Source: Callorhinchus milii (Eukaryota). Taken from it: a stretch of DNA of 64,000 bases. The notes beneath the pieces were generated by a model, which was given only the letters and a program-made list of their open reading frames with translations, ran no database searches and had not been told where the DNA came from. The position numbers and the translations under genes are program-made. The stretch is from contig NW_024704743.1 in NCBI RefSeq assembly GCF_018977255.1, forward strand, positions 55,492,001 through 55,556,000, in the 5' to 3' direction. Shown here piece after piece: positions 49,590 to 61,985 of the stretch. The stretch's first letter is position 1; the number at the start of each line of letters is the position of its first letter.

Positions 49590-50596
49590 CTGAAACACAC
49601 CGAAACAAGTCGATTGCTATTATTATTTAATATTTTATTTTAAAATAACTTTTGCTTTAGAACGGTTAAATAAAAAAATCTGTGTTAAAAGAAAACATTC
49701 AGATTCATCAACATCACAGCATTCCCTATACAGTCAAGTCTGCTTTAAGATCAATTTTGTTATGCTGAAATCCCACTTAAAATGAATTGGGAATTTAATA
49801 GAATTGACCTCTAGAGAGAGGGGCTGGGTGGGGATGTATAGACAATTCTGGTAGAAAATATTTACCGCTAATCCTACCAACATCCAGGAATGTGATCAGC
49901 AATGTGCCATCCAATGGTTTAGTCATGTGCAATGGTCAGATAGGTCAATTAGATGTTTTCCCAGTTTATCACTATGTAAGAACAGGATACAGCCACTTAA
50001 GCCTTCCTTCGGTGTCTACCTTATTTCCTGTTTACAGTACAATATGCAATACAATTATATACCTTTCATGTCGGGAAGATGTCTCAAATTACTTAACACT
50101 GCTCGCTTGGCATCAAGCTGGAATCTGAGGGGGATAGGAGCACCACAAGGACTGAAAGAGTGGTCAGAGAGGTCTTGAGATGCCCTTCGAACGAGGTGAG
50201 GGAGGAATCAAGTCGGAGGGACTCTGGAATGGAGTTCCAGGGAGAGGGGCAGAATGGTTGAGAGCTGACCCAACATTGTTTGAGACCAATCTGTGCAAAG
50301 TGCTGGGTTTGAAACTAAACGGATCAGGAAAATAAATCTGAAAGTTAGAGTAATATAGTTTACCCAAAGATAGGGGAACATCATGTGACCTCCAACTAAA
50401 TTCTACACTCATAGAGGACCATCATATAGATCCCGTCTGAAAACACTTCAAGAGACTGTCTAATCTTTATGGCTGATGTTGCTTTACCTTGCCCATGGAA
50501 TGCAGAATATATGGAAAGGGAAACAAAAGCATATTTTTCTTTTTAAAAAGGTAAATGTATATGGATATAAATGATAAATTAAGATAGAATACTAAC

Positions 50597-50627
50597 TTGA
50601 CCTGAGCCATCCCGATATTGTAATGAC
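50597..50627 (-). CDS. LRRC72: LRRC72 31-nt micro-exon (SHYNIGMAQV)
   Basis: aatttcag acceptor and gttagt donor; its phase 1 to 2 change bridges the flanking exons exactly. Confidence 0.65.
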
Positions 50628-50815
50628 CTGAAATTGGGATATGAAAAAATATATTAGCACAAGCATTCTCTTAAATTCCATTTCTACTGCAATTATGGCA
50701 TTTCATATCATTGTAAATATTAAATTATTTCAAGGTTATTTTTTATTATGTATTTGGAAAGCAATAAAAGTAGTGTCTTTATCAAGTCAATGACATATCT
50801 CAATACGCTTCACAT

Positions 50816-51114
50816 GATAATAATAATCCTTGCAATTGATATAGGGCTTTTCACGTCTTCTAGACGTCTCAAAGCGATTCACAGCATATACTGTAAAGTG
50901 AATTGACTGTATATTTGTGGGCAAAACACAGCAACCAATTGCGCACAGCAGTGTCCCTCAAACAGTTGAGGATTGAGTGACCAAATTATTATCGTTTTTT
51001 TTCTTGAGGGATTATTATCAGGCGTGTGGAGTAAAGAAACTTGCCCAAGGTTTCACCCTGCTGAGAATCTCGCTTGCAAGGTGAGTGCTCTAACCACTGA
51101 GCTACAGGACTCCA
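50816..51114 (-). mobile_element. tRNA/CORE-like SINE, short variant
   Basis: Same head, body and tail as 55745-56062. Confidence 0.88.
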
Positions 51115-51856
51115 CCCAATATATGTATACTGTAAAGTGGATTCACTGTGTATTTTGTGGTGACTCAATATATCTTGCCCATGCTTGCTTGCCCATGATT
51201 GCCCATTCAGCTCTGTGACACAGGTTCAAATCGACCCAACATGGATGAGATTAAAGCTTTCTTTATCTGCTGGCTTGCAATGTAGAGTAAAACAAGTTTG
51301 GAGGCTTAAACAATTCCAAGCTACTAAATTTGGAGCTTTTAAAATCATACATCATATAACGCAAAGTGAGAAATGCACTGTTTATAATATGTTTTATTCT
51401 AATTGCATGGCATTCATCTGCATGGATTCATACTCCACGTCATTAATCCAGTATGAAAACTTAGAGTCCTGTTCAACTCACAACAACAGCAGCATTTATA
51501 TATTGTCCTTCATGTAGGGTAGCATCTCAGGGTACTTAACAGTGGCAGAGCTTAGCCCAAGCCAGGAAAGAGGTGAAGAGGAAGATCTTCAGATGCGATC
51601 TGCAGACAGGCAAGGAGGGCGCAAGGCAAAGGGGTTGAGGTTGGAAATTCCAGAGTTTCGAGCGTGGTAGCTGATAACAAAGCTGCCGATGGTGGAGCAG
51701 TGGGACCCCCAACTCTCCTTTAAGCCCTAGAGCTGGGCTGTCGCTCGCTAAGATTTCTGTCACCTCCACAACATCGCCTGCCACAGACACTACCTTCCCT
51801 CACGTTAGTACAAAAAACATTAAGCTGCTGAGAAGTTGTCTTTCAAGATGAGATGT

Positions 51857-51872
51857 GTGCCACCTAGTGGAG
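51857..51872 (-). promoter_or_regulatory. Candidate CTCF site (CTCCACTAGGTGGCAC)
   Basis: Matches the CTCF core CCACYAGRKGGCRC; lies between repeats. Confidence 0.5.
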
Positions 51873-52039
51873 CAGGGTAAGTTTTGTACTTTTCACTTGG
51901 CTGTTGTTGATTGTTACTGTTAACACTTAGACTAGATCACAGAAGATCCATCCTTCAGTGAGGAATCTGAGGGGGAAGTAAGCAGGGTCTCCTTGGAGCT
52001 GAGCTGTCAATCCCAATTAGTGCAAATGGTGAGAATACA

Positions 52040-52628
52040 TAGTCCTGGACCTTAGTGGTTAGAGCACTCGCATCGCAAGCGAGAGGACCAGGGTTCGATT
52101 CCCGGGCGGGGTGGGGCGAAACGTTGGGCAGGTTTCCCTACTCCACACAATTTTGTTTACCTAGCAGTAAGGAGGAACTTGATTGTTAATCGATTGGCAG
52201 ATTGCATTTCCACAGGTAATAATCTCTCCACAATAATTTGGTGACTCAATACTCGACTTCAAGATCCTCATCCTTGTCTCACTCCCTTCGCCTCGCCCCT
52301 TCTCTTCTCACTTTCAGGACTCAGCTGAAGACCTTTCTTTTCGACCGCGCCTTTGGTCAGTCACCTTCCTCCCCCTCCCCCTGGCTCGGCCCCGGGATCC
52401 GTTACTGTGAAGCGCTCTGAGACGCCGTCCGGCATGGAGGGCACTATATAATTCCAAGTTGTTGTTGTTGACTGTTTATGGGACACTGCTGTGTGCAATT
52501 GGCTGCTGTGTTTTATCCACAAAATATACAGTCAATTCACTTTACAGTATATTCTGTGAAGTGCTTTGAGATGTCTCGAAGACGTGGTAAAGCGCTATAT
52601 CAAATGCAAGGATTATTATTGTTATTAT
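52040..52628 (+). mobile_element. tRNA/CORE-like SINE, long variant, interrupted by an L2 fragment (52254-52470)
   Basis: Head with GGTTCGATTCC; body resumes at 52470. Confidence 0.85.
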
Positions 52629-53326
52629 GAAAGATTCTGCTACCCTTGTGTCTACATTCTGCTTATGGGAAGGTTGCGGTCATTGCAGATGATTGCAAAT
52701 ACTCCTGATAACATTGGATTTATCCTTACCAAGTGTATAAATTCATGAATCTGGATGGACCTTTTTTTGCCAATGAAAATTAGGTTTCAAAATTCAAATT
52801 CTCAGAAATTATCCAAAATATAATCTTCAACCCAGCAACAAAAAAGACTGAGAATTCACCATCAAGAGAAGATAGTAAATCTCTGAGGTATTTTGTTCAA
52901 TATCTCAGTCAATTATTACTTTGTATATTTGTGGACAATGTTCTAAACATTAATTAAATTACGTAAAGATAAAGGATGGATCATTTAATCTTAACAAAAG
53001 ACTGTCAGAAATCCTGTCACTTGCACAATGAAAATAAAGATGATAAAATATGCATCTTTCATAAATAAGTTGCTGCAGAAACATTGCCAAGAATTATCAT
53101 TTGTAACAACCAACAAACTTATCTATCGCCCCCAAAATATACAGTCCATTCATGTTACAGTATATTCTATGAAGCGCTTTGAGACGTCTTAATGACTTGA
53201 TAAGGAACTACATCAAATGAAAGGATTATTATTGTTGATATTATTATTGTCATTTGATTCCCAAGCATTTTTAGTTCAAAATAAATTTAAAAATTCAATT
53301 ACAAATGAACTATTTAAAATTCCCAC

Positions 53327-53473
53327 TTGGACAAGGCCTAATCTTTCTCTTGGGTTGATATTGAGCAATAACTTCAACTACTGCATTTGTCCCAAAAGCT
53401 AAAGATTGACGGACTCGAACTCGGTCTGGGTTACAGAGAGCGACACTTGCTTCTCGCTCCTGCTGGTCAATTC
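53327..53473 (-). CDS. LRRC72: LRRC72 exon (IDQQEREASVALCNPDRVRVRQSLAFG...PCP)
   Basis: Follows a 98-nt intron; QSLAFG motif; donor CAA|gtggga is weak and was chosen because it keeps phase. Confidence 0.8.
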
Positions 53474-53571
53474 CTGTGAAAGTATGAAGCATCCAACAAT
53501 TAGAACTTGCACAACACATACAGTTAGAATTTGCAAAGATAATAAAAAAACTTTTTTGAATAATAACCAAC

Positions 53572-53661
53572 CCCTCTGGTCCAGGTTCTGCAATGAAGGT
53601 ACGTAATAGATTAAATAAAGACGATAATCTGGTTCCAGTGCCAAAGGATTGTGAAATAAAT
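53572..53661 (-). CDS. LRRC72: LRRC72 exon, LRRcap (NLFHNPLALEPDYRLYLIYYVPSLQNLDQR)
   Basis: LRRcap motif NP...YR...I..vPsL..LD; ctttcag acceptor; gttggt donor; 90 nt. Confidence 0.92.
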
Positions 53662-54285
53662 CTGAAAGAGGAGAAATCACAATGAAATGTTACATCAAAA
53701 TAAAACTCAAACATTTGTAATTGAAATTCAATAGTTAAAAAGTCCACATAGTTATTTTTTACAGTGTTCAAGGGCATATTGTAACTTTACCAACCATTGA
53801 AGAATCCCCTTCTACAGATTGATTGTGTGTCAGCCTGGTTCAAGTGATAGTATGCTTGCTTCTGAGTCAGAAGTTGTGGGTTCAAACCTCACATTGGGAC
53901 TTTGACCTTGCATAGTCTAGGAAGGCTGACACTCACTTTACAGTGAATTAATGGTGCCCATCCCCACCCCACCGAGATATTGGAAGAGTCCCTGACCTTG
54001 TGGGAGTGAATCCTGTGAACTTCTTTGTGACATTCCTCCAATGTGAAATTTGTAAGAATTACAAATATAAGAATTATTATTATATTATTATTATATTGTT
54101 GAATTTTGGTTAAAAGTGTCATCTTCTATATGAAATCCTATTTGGCAAAACTTCTTTCATTTGGTTCCAGGGACATAAATCAAGTCAGCATGCCACTTTC
54201 ACATTGCATCAGCCTTGACCATCAACCAGTCAGTCATTCGAAGAGAAAGTGTCCACACAATTTATAATTATGTGGTTTTGCTCAC

Positions 54286-54399
54286 TCAGTGTGTGTAGAA
54301 ACTTCAAGTTCCTGAACTCCTTCACAGTCTTCAACACATCAGTAAGCCAATTGTTGTGCAATGTTAATATCCGCAATGACTTCACATTCTTCAGGGAAC
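54286..54399 (-). CDS. LRRC72: LRRC72 exon (SLKNVKSLRILTLHNNWLTDVLKTVKEFRNLKFLHTL)
   Basis: tttcacag acceptor; gtgagc donor; LRR motif; 114 nt. Confidence 0.9.
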
Positions 54400-55310
54400 C
54401 TGTGAAACAAAGCATATCTTATCAATCTTTTATTTTTATCAATTTCTATCCATTTCTTTCTCCTCTCTTCCCCAACTTGTTTGACTCCATTTCCTTCTAT
54501 TGCGATATAGTTTTGTATGTATTTGGTAAGTTTGGTAGCTCATCCAAGTGCTCATTAGTCACATTTGAGTTTTATCATGGTGTTAGCATTAAAAGCATTG
54601 TCTTAATATTTACTTTATTGATGAATTTGGGAAAAAATCTTAAATTCAGTTTTAAGTTGTAAACTGGCTTTCTAGTTTTTTTTTCAGGATTTGTAGAAGT
54701 TTCCAAATTAAGGTTGAATTTAAGAATATTCCACCCAAAAATTTGCATAATCTTAAAAGTTTAGACCATGAAAAATGTTGGGTTTATCTGCAAAATTTGG
54801 TGCAGTGGCTGCACCTGTTGGAATCATTTTGATTCATTGGAAACATGTTTTTCTGCACCTGATGGAAGGGGAAAACAGCTTTTATGACCTTAAAAATACA
54901 ACACGTTGTAAGATGTTTATATAAGGTCTGTAAATAGTCCCATTACTATCTATCATGTCAGATCTTATTGCGTGGCTGAATAATATAGTCCATCATGTGA
55001 CCTTTCAGTGATGGCTTTATAATGTCAAGAAAAAAAACAGGATATCAATCCATTTAAAAATTACACCTTGTGTAATTTTTCAATGGTCCTGTAGCAGGTC
55101 GACCAAAGCGTGCTACAGAAACCTATTCAAGACATCATCCTGAGGAAAATGTGTCGTTGGGAGTAAAAGTGATGGTTTGGGGTGGAATAGAAAGACAATT
55201 ACCTGTCATAACAAACAACAGCAAAACAGTTTTGCTCTTCGATAGCACATTCATTAGTATATAACAGTACAAAATCAATACATTCATTTAGATGACTGGG
55301 TACACTGTAC

Positions 55311-55392
55311 CTGTTATATCTGTGAGTTTGTTGTTGTGTAGGTAAAGTTCACAAAGGATATAGTTTGCTGGTGAGAAGGTTACCTTTTTAAT
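55311..55392 (-). CDS. LRRC72: LRRC72 internal exon (IKKVTFSPANYILCELYLHNNKLTDIT-G); upstream exons not found in the window
   Basis: Minus-strand tatttcag acceptor; CAG|gtacag donor; LRR motif LxxLxLxxNxL; 82 nt. Confidence 0.88.
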
Positions 55393-55744
55393 CTGAAATA
55401 AACAATATAGAAATGGTAACATAATCCTTCTAAATTAAGGAACAATATTTGTCACTGTCTATGAATTACAACAACAATAACAAATGAAATTATAATAGAT
55501 AACAAAAATATAATCATAAAAATCATTTTTGCATTTGATATAGCATCTTATCACATGGTCGAAACATCTCAGAACGAATCATACTGACTACATATTTGTA
55601 GATGAACGCAGCAGCTAATTTGTGCATAGCAAAGTCTTACAAGCAGCCACATCATTAGCTGAACATTAAATTATTTTATCAGAAATGGTTAGAGCAGGGA
55701 AATCTGCCAGGAAAGTATTCTGCAGCTCAATAAATTTCACTGCA

Positions 55745-56062
55745 GTGAATCCTGTAGCTCAGTGGTTAGAGCACTCGCTTTGCAAGTGAGAGACCTGAGT
55801 TCATTTCCAGGCAGGGCGAAACCTTGGGCAAGTTTCCTTACTCCACACGCCTAATAATAATCCCTCCAAAAAAACAAAATAATAATAAATTGGTCATTTT
55901 CAATCTACGACTGTTTGTGGGACATTGCTGTGCGCAATTGGCTGCCGCGTTCGCCCACAAATATACAGTCAATTCACTTTACAGTGTGTTCTGTGAAGCG
56001 CTTTGGGACGTCCTCCCGACGTGAAAAGCGCTATATCAAATGCAAGGATTATTATTATTATA
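55745..56062 (+). mobile_element. Young full-length tRNA-derived SINE (CORE-like segment, L2-type tail)
   Basis: A box TAGCTCAGTGG, B-box-like GAGTTCATTTCC, ACCTTGGGCAAGTT, 3' hairpin, (TTA)n. Confidence 0.93.
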
Positions 56063-56448
56063 ACTGCAATTCCTGCAGTGTAACTGCACTTCTTCCTCCA
56101 GGATCTTAGTTATTTCATAGCATAACATTCCAGGAACTGATATCTATAAACCCCCACCAAGATTATTGAGCCCCTTTAACATTAGAAGTAATATTTGTGG
56201 GGCTGTGATTTGGGTTTATTACGCCAATTATAAAAGTCACTACGCTTTACAGTAAATCCTCTGAAGTGCTTTGAGATTTCCTCACCTCGACGTGAAAGAC
56301 GCTATGTCAAATGCAAGGATTGTTAGGCTTATTTCATTAGCCTTGTTTTAAAAGCCTAATTTTTAAAACAAAATTAGCCTACAAAATGCACAGTCACGTC
56401 ATTTTACAATAAATTCTTTGAAGGGTTTTGAGATGTCTCGAGGATGGT

Positions 56449-56774
56449 AATAATAATAATAATAATCCTTGCATTTGATATAGCGCTTTTCACGTCGGGA
56501 GGACGTCCCAAAGCGCTTCACAGAATACACTGTAAAGTGAATTGACTGTATATTTGTGGGCGAACGCGGCAGCCAATTGCGCACAGCAATGTCCCACAAA
56601 CAGTCGTAGATTGAAAATGACCAATTTATTATTTTTTGGGGGGTTTTGGAGGGATTATTATTAGGCGTGTGGAGTAAGGAAACTTGCCCAAGGTTTCGCC
56701 CTGCCTGGAATTGAACTCACTCAGGTCTCTCGCTTGCAAAGCGAGTGCTCTAACCACTGAGCTACAGGACTCCA
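56449..56774 (-). mobile_element. Young full-length SINE, inverted near-identical copy of 55745-56062
   Basis: Reverse-complement alignment by eye. Confidence 0.93.
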
Positions 56775-57992
56775 CGACACATGGAACACATGGATCCTAA
56801 TAGAATAAAGCAATCTTTGCAGTATATACATTTTTTATATTTAAATATGAAATAACTAGTCATACTTTAGCTTTCCTTAATGAATATACCTAGTGATTAT
56901 ACAACTACTATGTATGTCAAGAATTTAAGCCGATTGTTTGGAGCAAATTCCATCACCAACGACTACATTTGAAATGTATTTCTATGGTATATTTTATAGT
57001 ACATTCTATGGTAATATTAACATTTGCTACAAAATACAATTACTACATTTTACAGTGAATCCTGTGAAGTTGCTTTGAGACGTCTTCCTAACGTGAAAGA
57101 TGCTATCCCAAATTTACATAGCTAGTCAGTCGCCTAATACATATTGAAATGCAAATAATCCAAATAATATTATTTTGGTCAATTTGGACTGGTCTCTCTA
57201 TTCAACAGTTATTTAAGATATGTTTCCCTATACTGTTTGCTACCACATTATCAGGAGAACCAAAGCATATTTTTCAGTATAAATGTAAACTAATGTATTA
57301 AAGTGTTACTACGTATTATATTCAGCCTCAGTCAATCACAAGTATGGTTTGAAAGTGGAAACAACTGCACAATAATTTCTAATTTAAAGTTTCCAAAAGT
57401 AACAGTTTAGGAAAGTTATTTGAGAAACAAAATAAGCCTTTTAAAAAAAAGCACTGCAGAAAGTCTGATGTAAAATCGTCAGAGGACAAACATAAAACTG
57501 GTTTCTGTTTAGTGCAGTTTGCTGGTTAATCCAGATGATGGCGCTTAGTTACCTTGTTTAAGTTTTTCTGTTGTTACATAAACAAGATCATAAGATAACA
57601 AGAGAGGTTGCCATGAAGAAGTGCCTTTTGCCCATTTGATTTGAATAGTACAGAATACTAACTCTACAAACAATAAAACAAGCTGTTTCGTAATTGAGTC
57701 CGGTTTGTCAGTGTAGGACTCCAATAAAATATGCAGAGGAACTTTGATTATGGATATGCTCCATAGTGAAAATGTGACACACGCTCACCCACAGAGAAAG
57801 AACAGAGCAAAAACAAAGGCAACACTATAATCATCAGCTCTTTCAAAAAGACAAAAAATGGGCTACCAAAAAATAAACTCTCCTATACAAATAAGCACTA
57901 ATTTTTAAACCTGGATGCAGTTTTTCAATATTTTGAGTTTTTTAGAGCATGGAATGATTGCCTTTTTTCCAGCCACAGATATTCCCTATTTT

Positions 57993-58325
57993 AATAATAA
58001 TAATAATGATAATCCTTGCATTTGATATAGTACCTTATTACATCATTGAGGCATCTCAGAGCAGTTCACAGAATATATTGTAAAATGGGTTGACTGAGTA
58101 TTTTGTGGGCGAAATGCAGCAGCCAATTGCGCACAAGTGTTCCATGAACAGATTGGATTGAATGACCAAATTTTTATTACCCCCGGAAAGTAATCCACCA
58201 ATTGACTAACAACTGGGTTCCAACTTACTGTTAGGTAAACAGAGGCATGTGATTAAGGTACGTTGACTAAGGTATTCAAACCCGGGTCCTCTCGAGTGCA
58301 CTAGCCACTACTATACAGGACTCCA
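57993..58325 (-). mobile_element. tRNA/CORE-like SINE, long variant, older
   Basis: gcctctgtttacctaacagtaag segment plus shared tail. Confidence 0.8.
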
Positions 58326-61300
58326 TAACATAGTAGTTCTCTGGGACGATCTAGGCAATTAAATAAATAGCTAAGCATTGGCAGATGATTTTTTTGTGTG
58401 GATAAATGGTAAGGCATATTGGAGTACGAAATATTAAACACATGTACAGACTGAATAGTTGTACATTAATAGAGATGGAGGTTTACTGTTACAATTTACA
58501 TTTTTATTCTGCATTTCACATTGAGAGGACATCTCAAAGTGCTCCACACAGCTGGCTGGGAGCTTGAGCTGTAGGGGAGATGGGGGCACAGGGCCAAATG
58601 TGTGATTGAAATGATAGGTTTCAAAGTGGGTTTTGAAGCTTGTGGTGGGGATGCGGGGGAGAGGGTGCAATGCAGAGGGGCTTTGGGATGGAGTTCTAGA
58701 AAGCGGGTGCAGGGTGGCTGATAGAATTCGATTGTGATCATTGATTATTGACTAAAGGTTTCAGATAAAGAGGTTGAAAACAAGTGAAAAATGAATGGTG
58801 AACCTGATGCGTTTTGTGGCCTCTCAGGAGAAAAAAGCAGTAAACTTTTACAGTAAACTCTGTTTTCCGTAGGGAAATCTCTGTAGGTTACACCAACCCA
58901 CAAGACTTTGGCTCCGATCTGCCTCTCCTCAGAGGTGAGGTATCATGAGTAGATGTGAGGTACAGGAGAATGCCTGCAGAAAATGCAGCTCATGTCACAA
59001 GGCACTTTTTCTGGTGGTTACACATTGGAGGGCCTGGCAACAACACCCCAATAAATACGGTTATTCACTTCATGACTGTTTGTGAGACAATGCTGCATGC
59101 AAAGTGGCTGCCATATTTGCCTACAGAATAAAACATTTTACAGTATATCCTGTGAAGCGTTTGGAGATTTTTTTTGTTTATGTTTACTTATGTCTTCGTC
59201 AATTTCTTTGCTTCCCTCCATGAAAGTGGCGACCCACACCAGGAGAGTGTCCAGTGGTGCCCAACCCCCCCACAGGAGAGTTCACCCCTCCTCTGAGCTA
59301 ATTTTGCTCCCTCCCCCAGCCCACCAGTGTCTATACAACTAAATTATTCGGGAAGTCATTGAACTGGACATTGGGGCTACAATATATACAAGATATGCTT
59401 AAGCAAGCCCACCACCATCCCAACTGAGATGAGCTAACCCAGCACAAACAAGGGGTCAAACCATGGATTCTCCTGATCTGCATGACTCAGTCAGGCACAT
59501 GAGGCAGGTCAGTCCACAAGGTCACAAGAGAGGTGGGGGTGAACAAGGGCCTTCAACTCATTTGGTCTCATCTTCCCTAAAAAACAACTCAGCCATCACA
59601 GCTGGTGGTTAAATACACCTTTAGAGCCGCACCCCCCACCCCGCCAGTGTTAGAATTGTGTTCTGCACTAAGTCATCAGTGGAGCTGCATTGCTGTGTTT
59701 ATACGTTTGATTTGGCAGAAATGTCATGTCAGACTTCAACAGCTAGGACAGCCCATATGGTTGATGTGTAATAATACCCACCTCTACACTCCTGTAGGAT
59801 TAATTATGGTGGCTTCAAAACTGTGCATTTCTGAATGATGGTAAACAGTTAACTAAATCTATACATATTCCACATAGTTTTGTGATAAGCCTCTGAATGT
59901 TTGTAGATTGGAATTACATCTTAAATAAATACCAGATCAGGTCAGTTCCTAATAAATACTGAAATTTGATTTGATGTGATGGAGGAAGAGAGCCCCAAAC
60001 CTCAAAATAAAACTCTTATGAAAAATATAATGCTGGGAGTAAAATGATACGACTGCCCGCAGGAAAGCATAACTTTGTGGAAATGGGAATCCAGATTTAT
60101 ACTTCCTGCTCCACATTATAACCTAGGGTCGTTTTAAAAAAAAGTATTCCTCATTTTGGAATTCTGCACATCCCCTCACACATTTACAGCAACTGTAATG
60201 GATTTTTGTTATTTTATTAAAGATCCCATTACTTGACTATTATGTCTAGATAGCAACATTGCCTATTGAGTCCAAGTTTTTTATTTCTTTCTTTCTAGAT
60301 TATCATTTTTTTTGCAGTGTCATTAATTTTAGGTTCTGTCTGCCTTAGGATCCAGTTATTCTGTTTTATGTTCTCTCCTCATCCGAATTTATCCCTTTTT
60401 TTAAAAAGAGCAGCTACTCATCTTGTTTGTAGAACACTGCAAGCACAAATTAGCAGATTTGTTTGACTACATAACAGCAGTCAGCTCTTTAATCCAATTA
60501 ATCTCTTTATATAAAGCGCTGCAAGTTATTTCATTTACATAAAATGAGCTAATGTAATGCTGGTTGTTGCTGGTTCCTTGATAACATACAAGTCTTTGTG
60601 TCATAAATCAGCCAGTTGCAGGCTTACAACACATCACAGGGAAATTGAGTCAGAACCAATTCTACCATGCTGTCTCTTTCCTATGTGAACATATTGCTCT
60701 TAAAACCACCACCAAGTGTCTGGAGTGCAGCTCCAGTAGGAGTCCTGCTTTTTTCAGTTGATTTATATGGCAATACTGCCAAAATTGCAGAGATTCATCA
60801 AACAACGTGCAGTGTAAACAGAACAAAAACCACCAGCATAAATCAAATGAGTTTTCATCTCACTATTTTCCATGAAACTGGAGTTCATTTTTATGTTACT
60901 AATTTTCTTTGTTTTAAGAATATCTTTCTCAAAAATAATAATCTTAATTAAGAATGTTATTTTTGGCACTGTAACTTCCGTTCTGTGCTTTGCCAAACTT
61001 AAGGAAAAGGAAATTTACTTTTTCTCCAAAATATTTGCTCATAAAATATCATATTTCTTTCCTATGTTCTCAATCCTGGTGTAATCTCTCCCAAACCAGA
61101 TGTTGCAATTGTGTTGGAACAGATTCCATTGTCTGTTAAACTGGTTAACACTGAGTTGGAGAACGCTTAAACGTAGCATCTGAAAGAGAAACTGGGATAT
61201 TGAAATCCACTGGAAATCCCATTCTAAACGCACCCTGCCAAGGTTGGTAACTTTACCAACTAGTTGAAATGTGTATTTTGGTTACTTTAGCCATTTGTTT

Positions 61301-61649
61301 CAATCTAAAATGAAGAAATGATAATTTACATCCTCACATTATCTTTTGGGACAAGGAAGAATCTGTTCTGAAATTTTGCAATAGGACAAAGAATGGGTGG
61401 GTGCAGTCCACAATACAATAGGCTTTGCATAGTCAAGAAAAGAACAAACTTGATAAGCTAATTAGCTTTTTTCTCCTACAAGGCTTCCCTTTTTGTAATG
61501 CAAAATGTACTCGTTTCTCAGTTCTACTCCTATGTCAAACAACAGCACTAGATCTGAAACTATGTAATAAATTTACACACAAAAAATCTTGCCATGCAAA
61601 ATTTACTGTCTCATCTCCCTTATAAATGGGATTTAGAACCCATATAGTC

Positions 61650-61985
61650 TATGCTGATATTCCAACGCAGTGCTGGGAGTGTGCTGCATTTTCAGTAGTG
61701 CCATACTTTGGATGAAACATTAAACTAAGGTCCTGTCTGCCTATTCAGATGAATGATCCCATGCACGTCTCGAAAAAAGTTTCTCACCGTGTCTTGGCCA
61801 ACAATTCCCCACATAAAACTGGTCCATCACTCCATGGCTGATGTGGGACATTGTGGTGCACAAATTTGCTGTCTCATTCACCCACAAAATACACATACAT
61901 CACTCTATACTATATCCCGTGAAGCGCTTTGAGGTGCCTTGACAATGTGATATGGCTCGATATCAAATGCAATGATTAATATTAT
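61650..61985 (+). mobile_element. Deu-domain SINE, 5'-truncated
   Basis: gtgctgcatt..ggatgaaacattaaactaaggtcc plus shared tail. Confidence 0.78.

Noticed and set aside
55750..55825. tRNA-Ala(TGC)-like sequences (also about 56700-56770, 52045-52110 and 33625-33690)
   Set aside because: These are SINE heads: the acceptor and T arms are imperfect and each runs straight into a SINE body.
55915..56599. Recurrent peptide [24 protein letters not shown]... (also near 42238-42529)
   Set aside because: It is a translation of the SINE body, not a gene family.
57553..57567. Possible 15-nt minus-strand micro-exon (cag|AAAAACTTAAACAAG|gtaact)
   Set aside because: It does not match the expected upstream LRRC72 LRR sequence and sits next to a CR1-like tail; likely chance.
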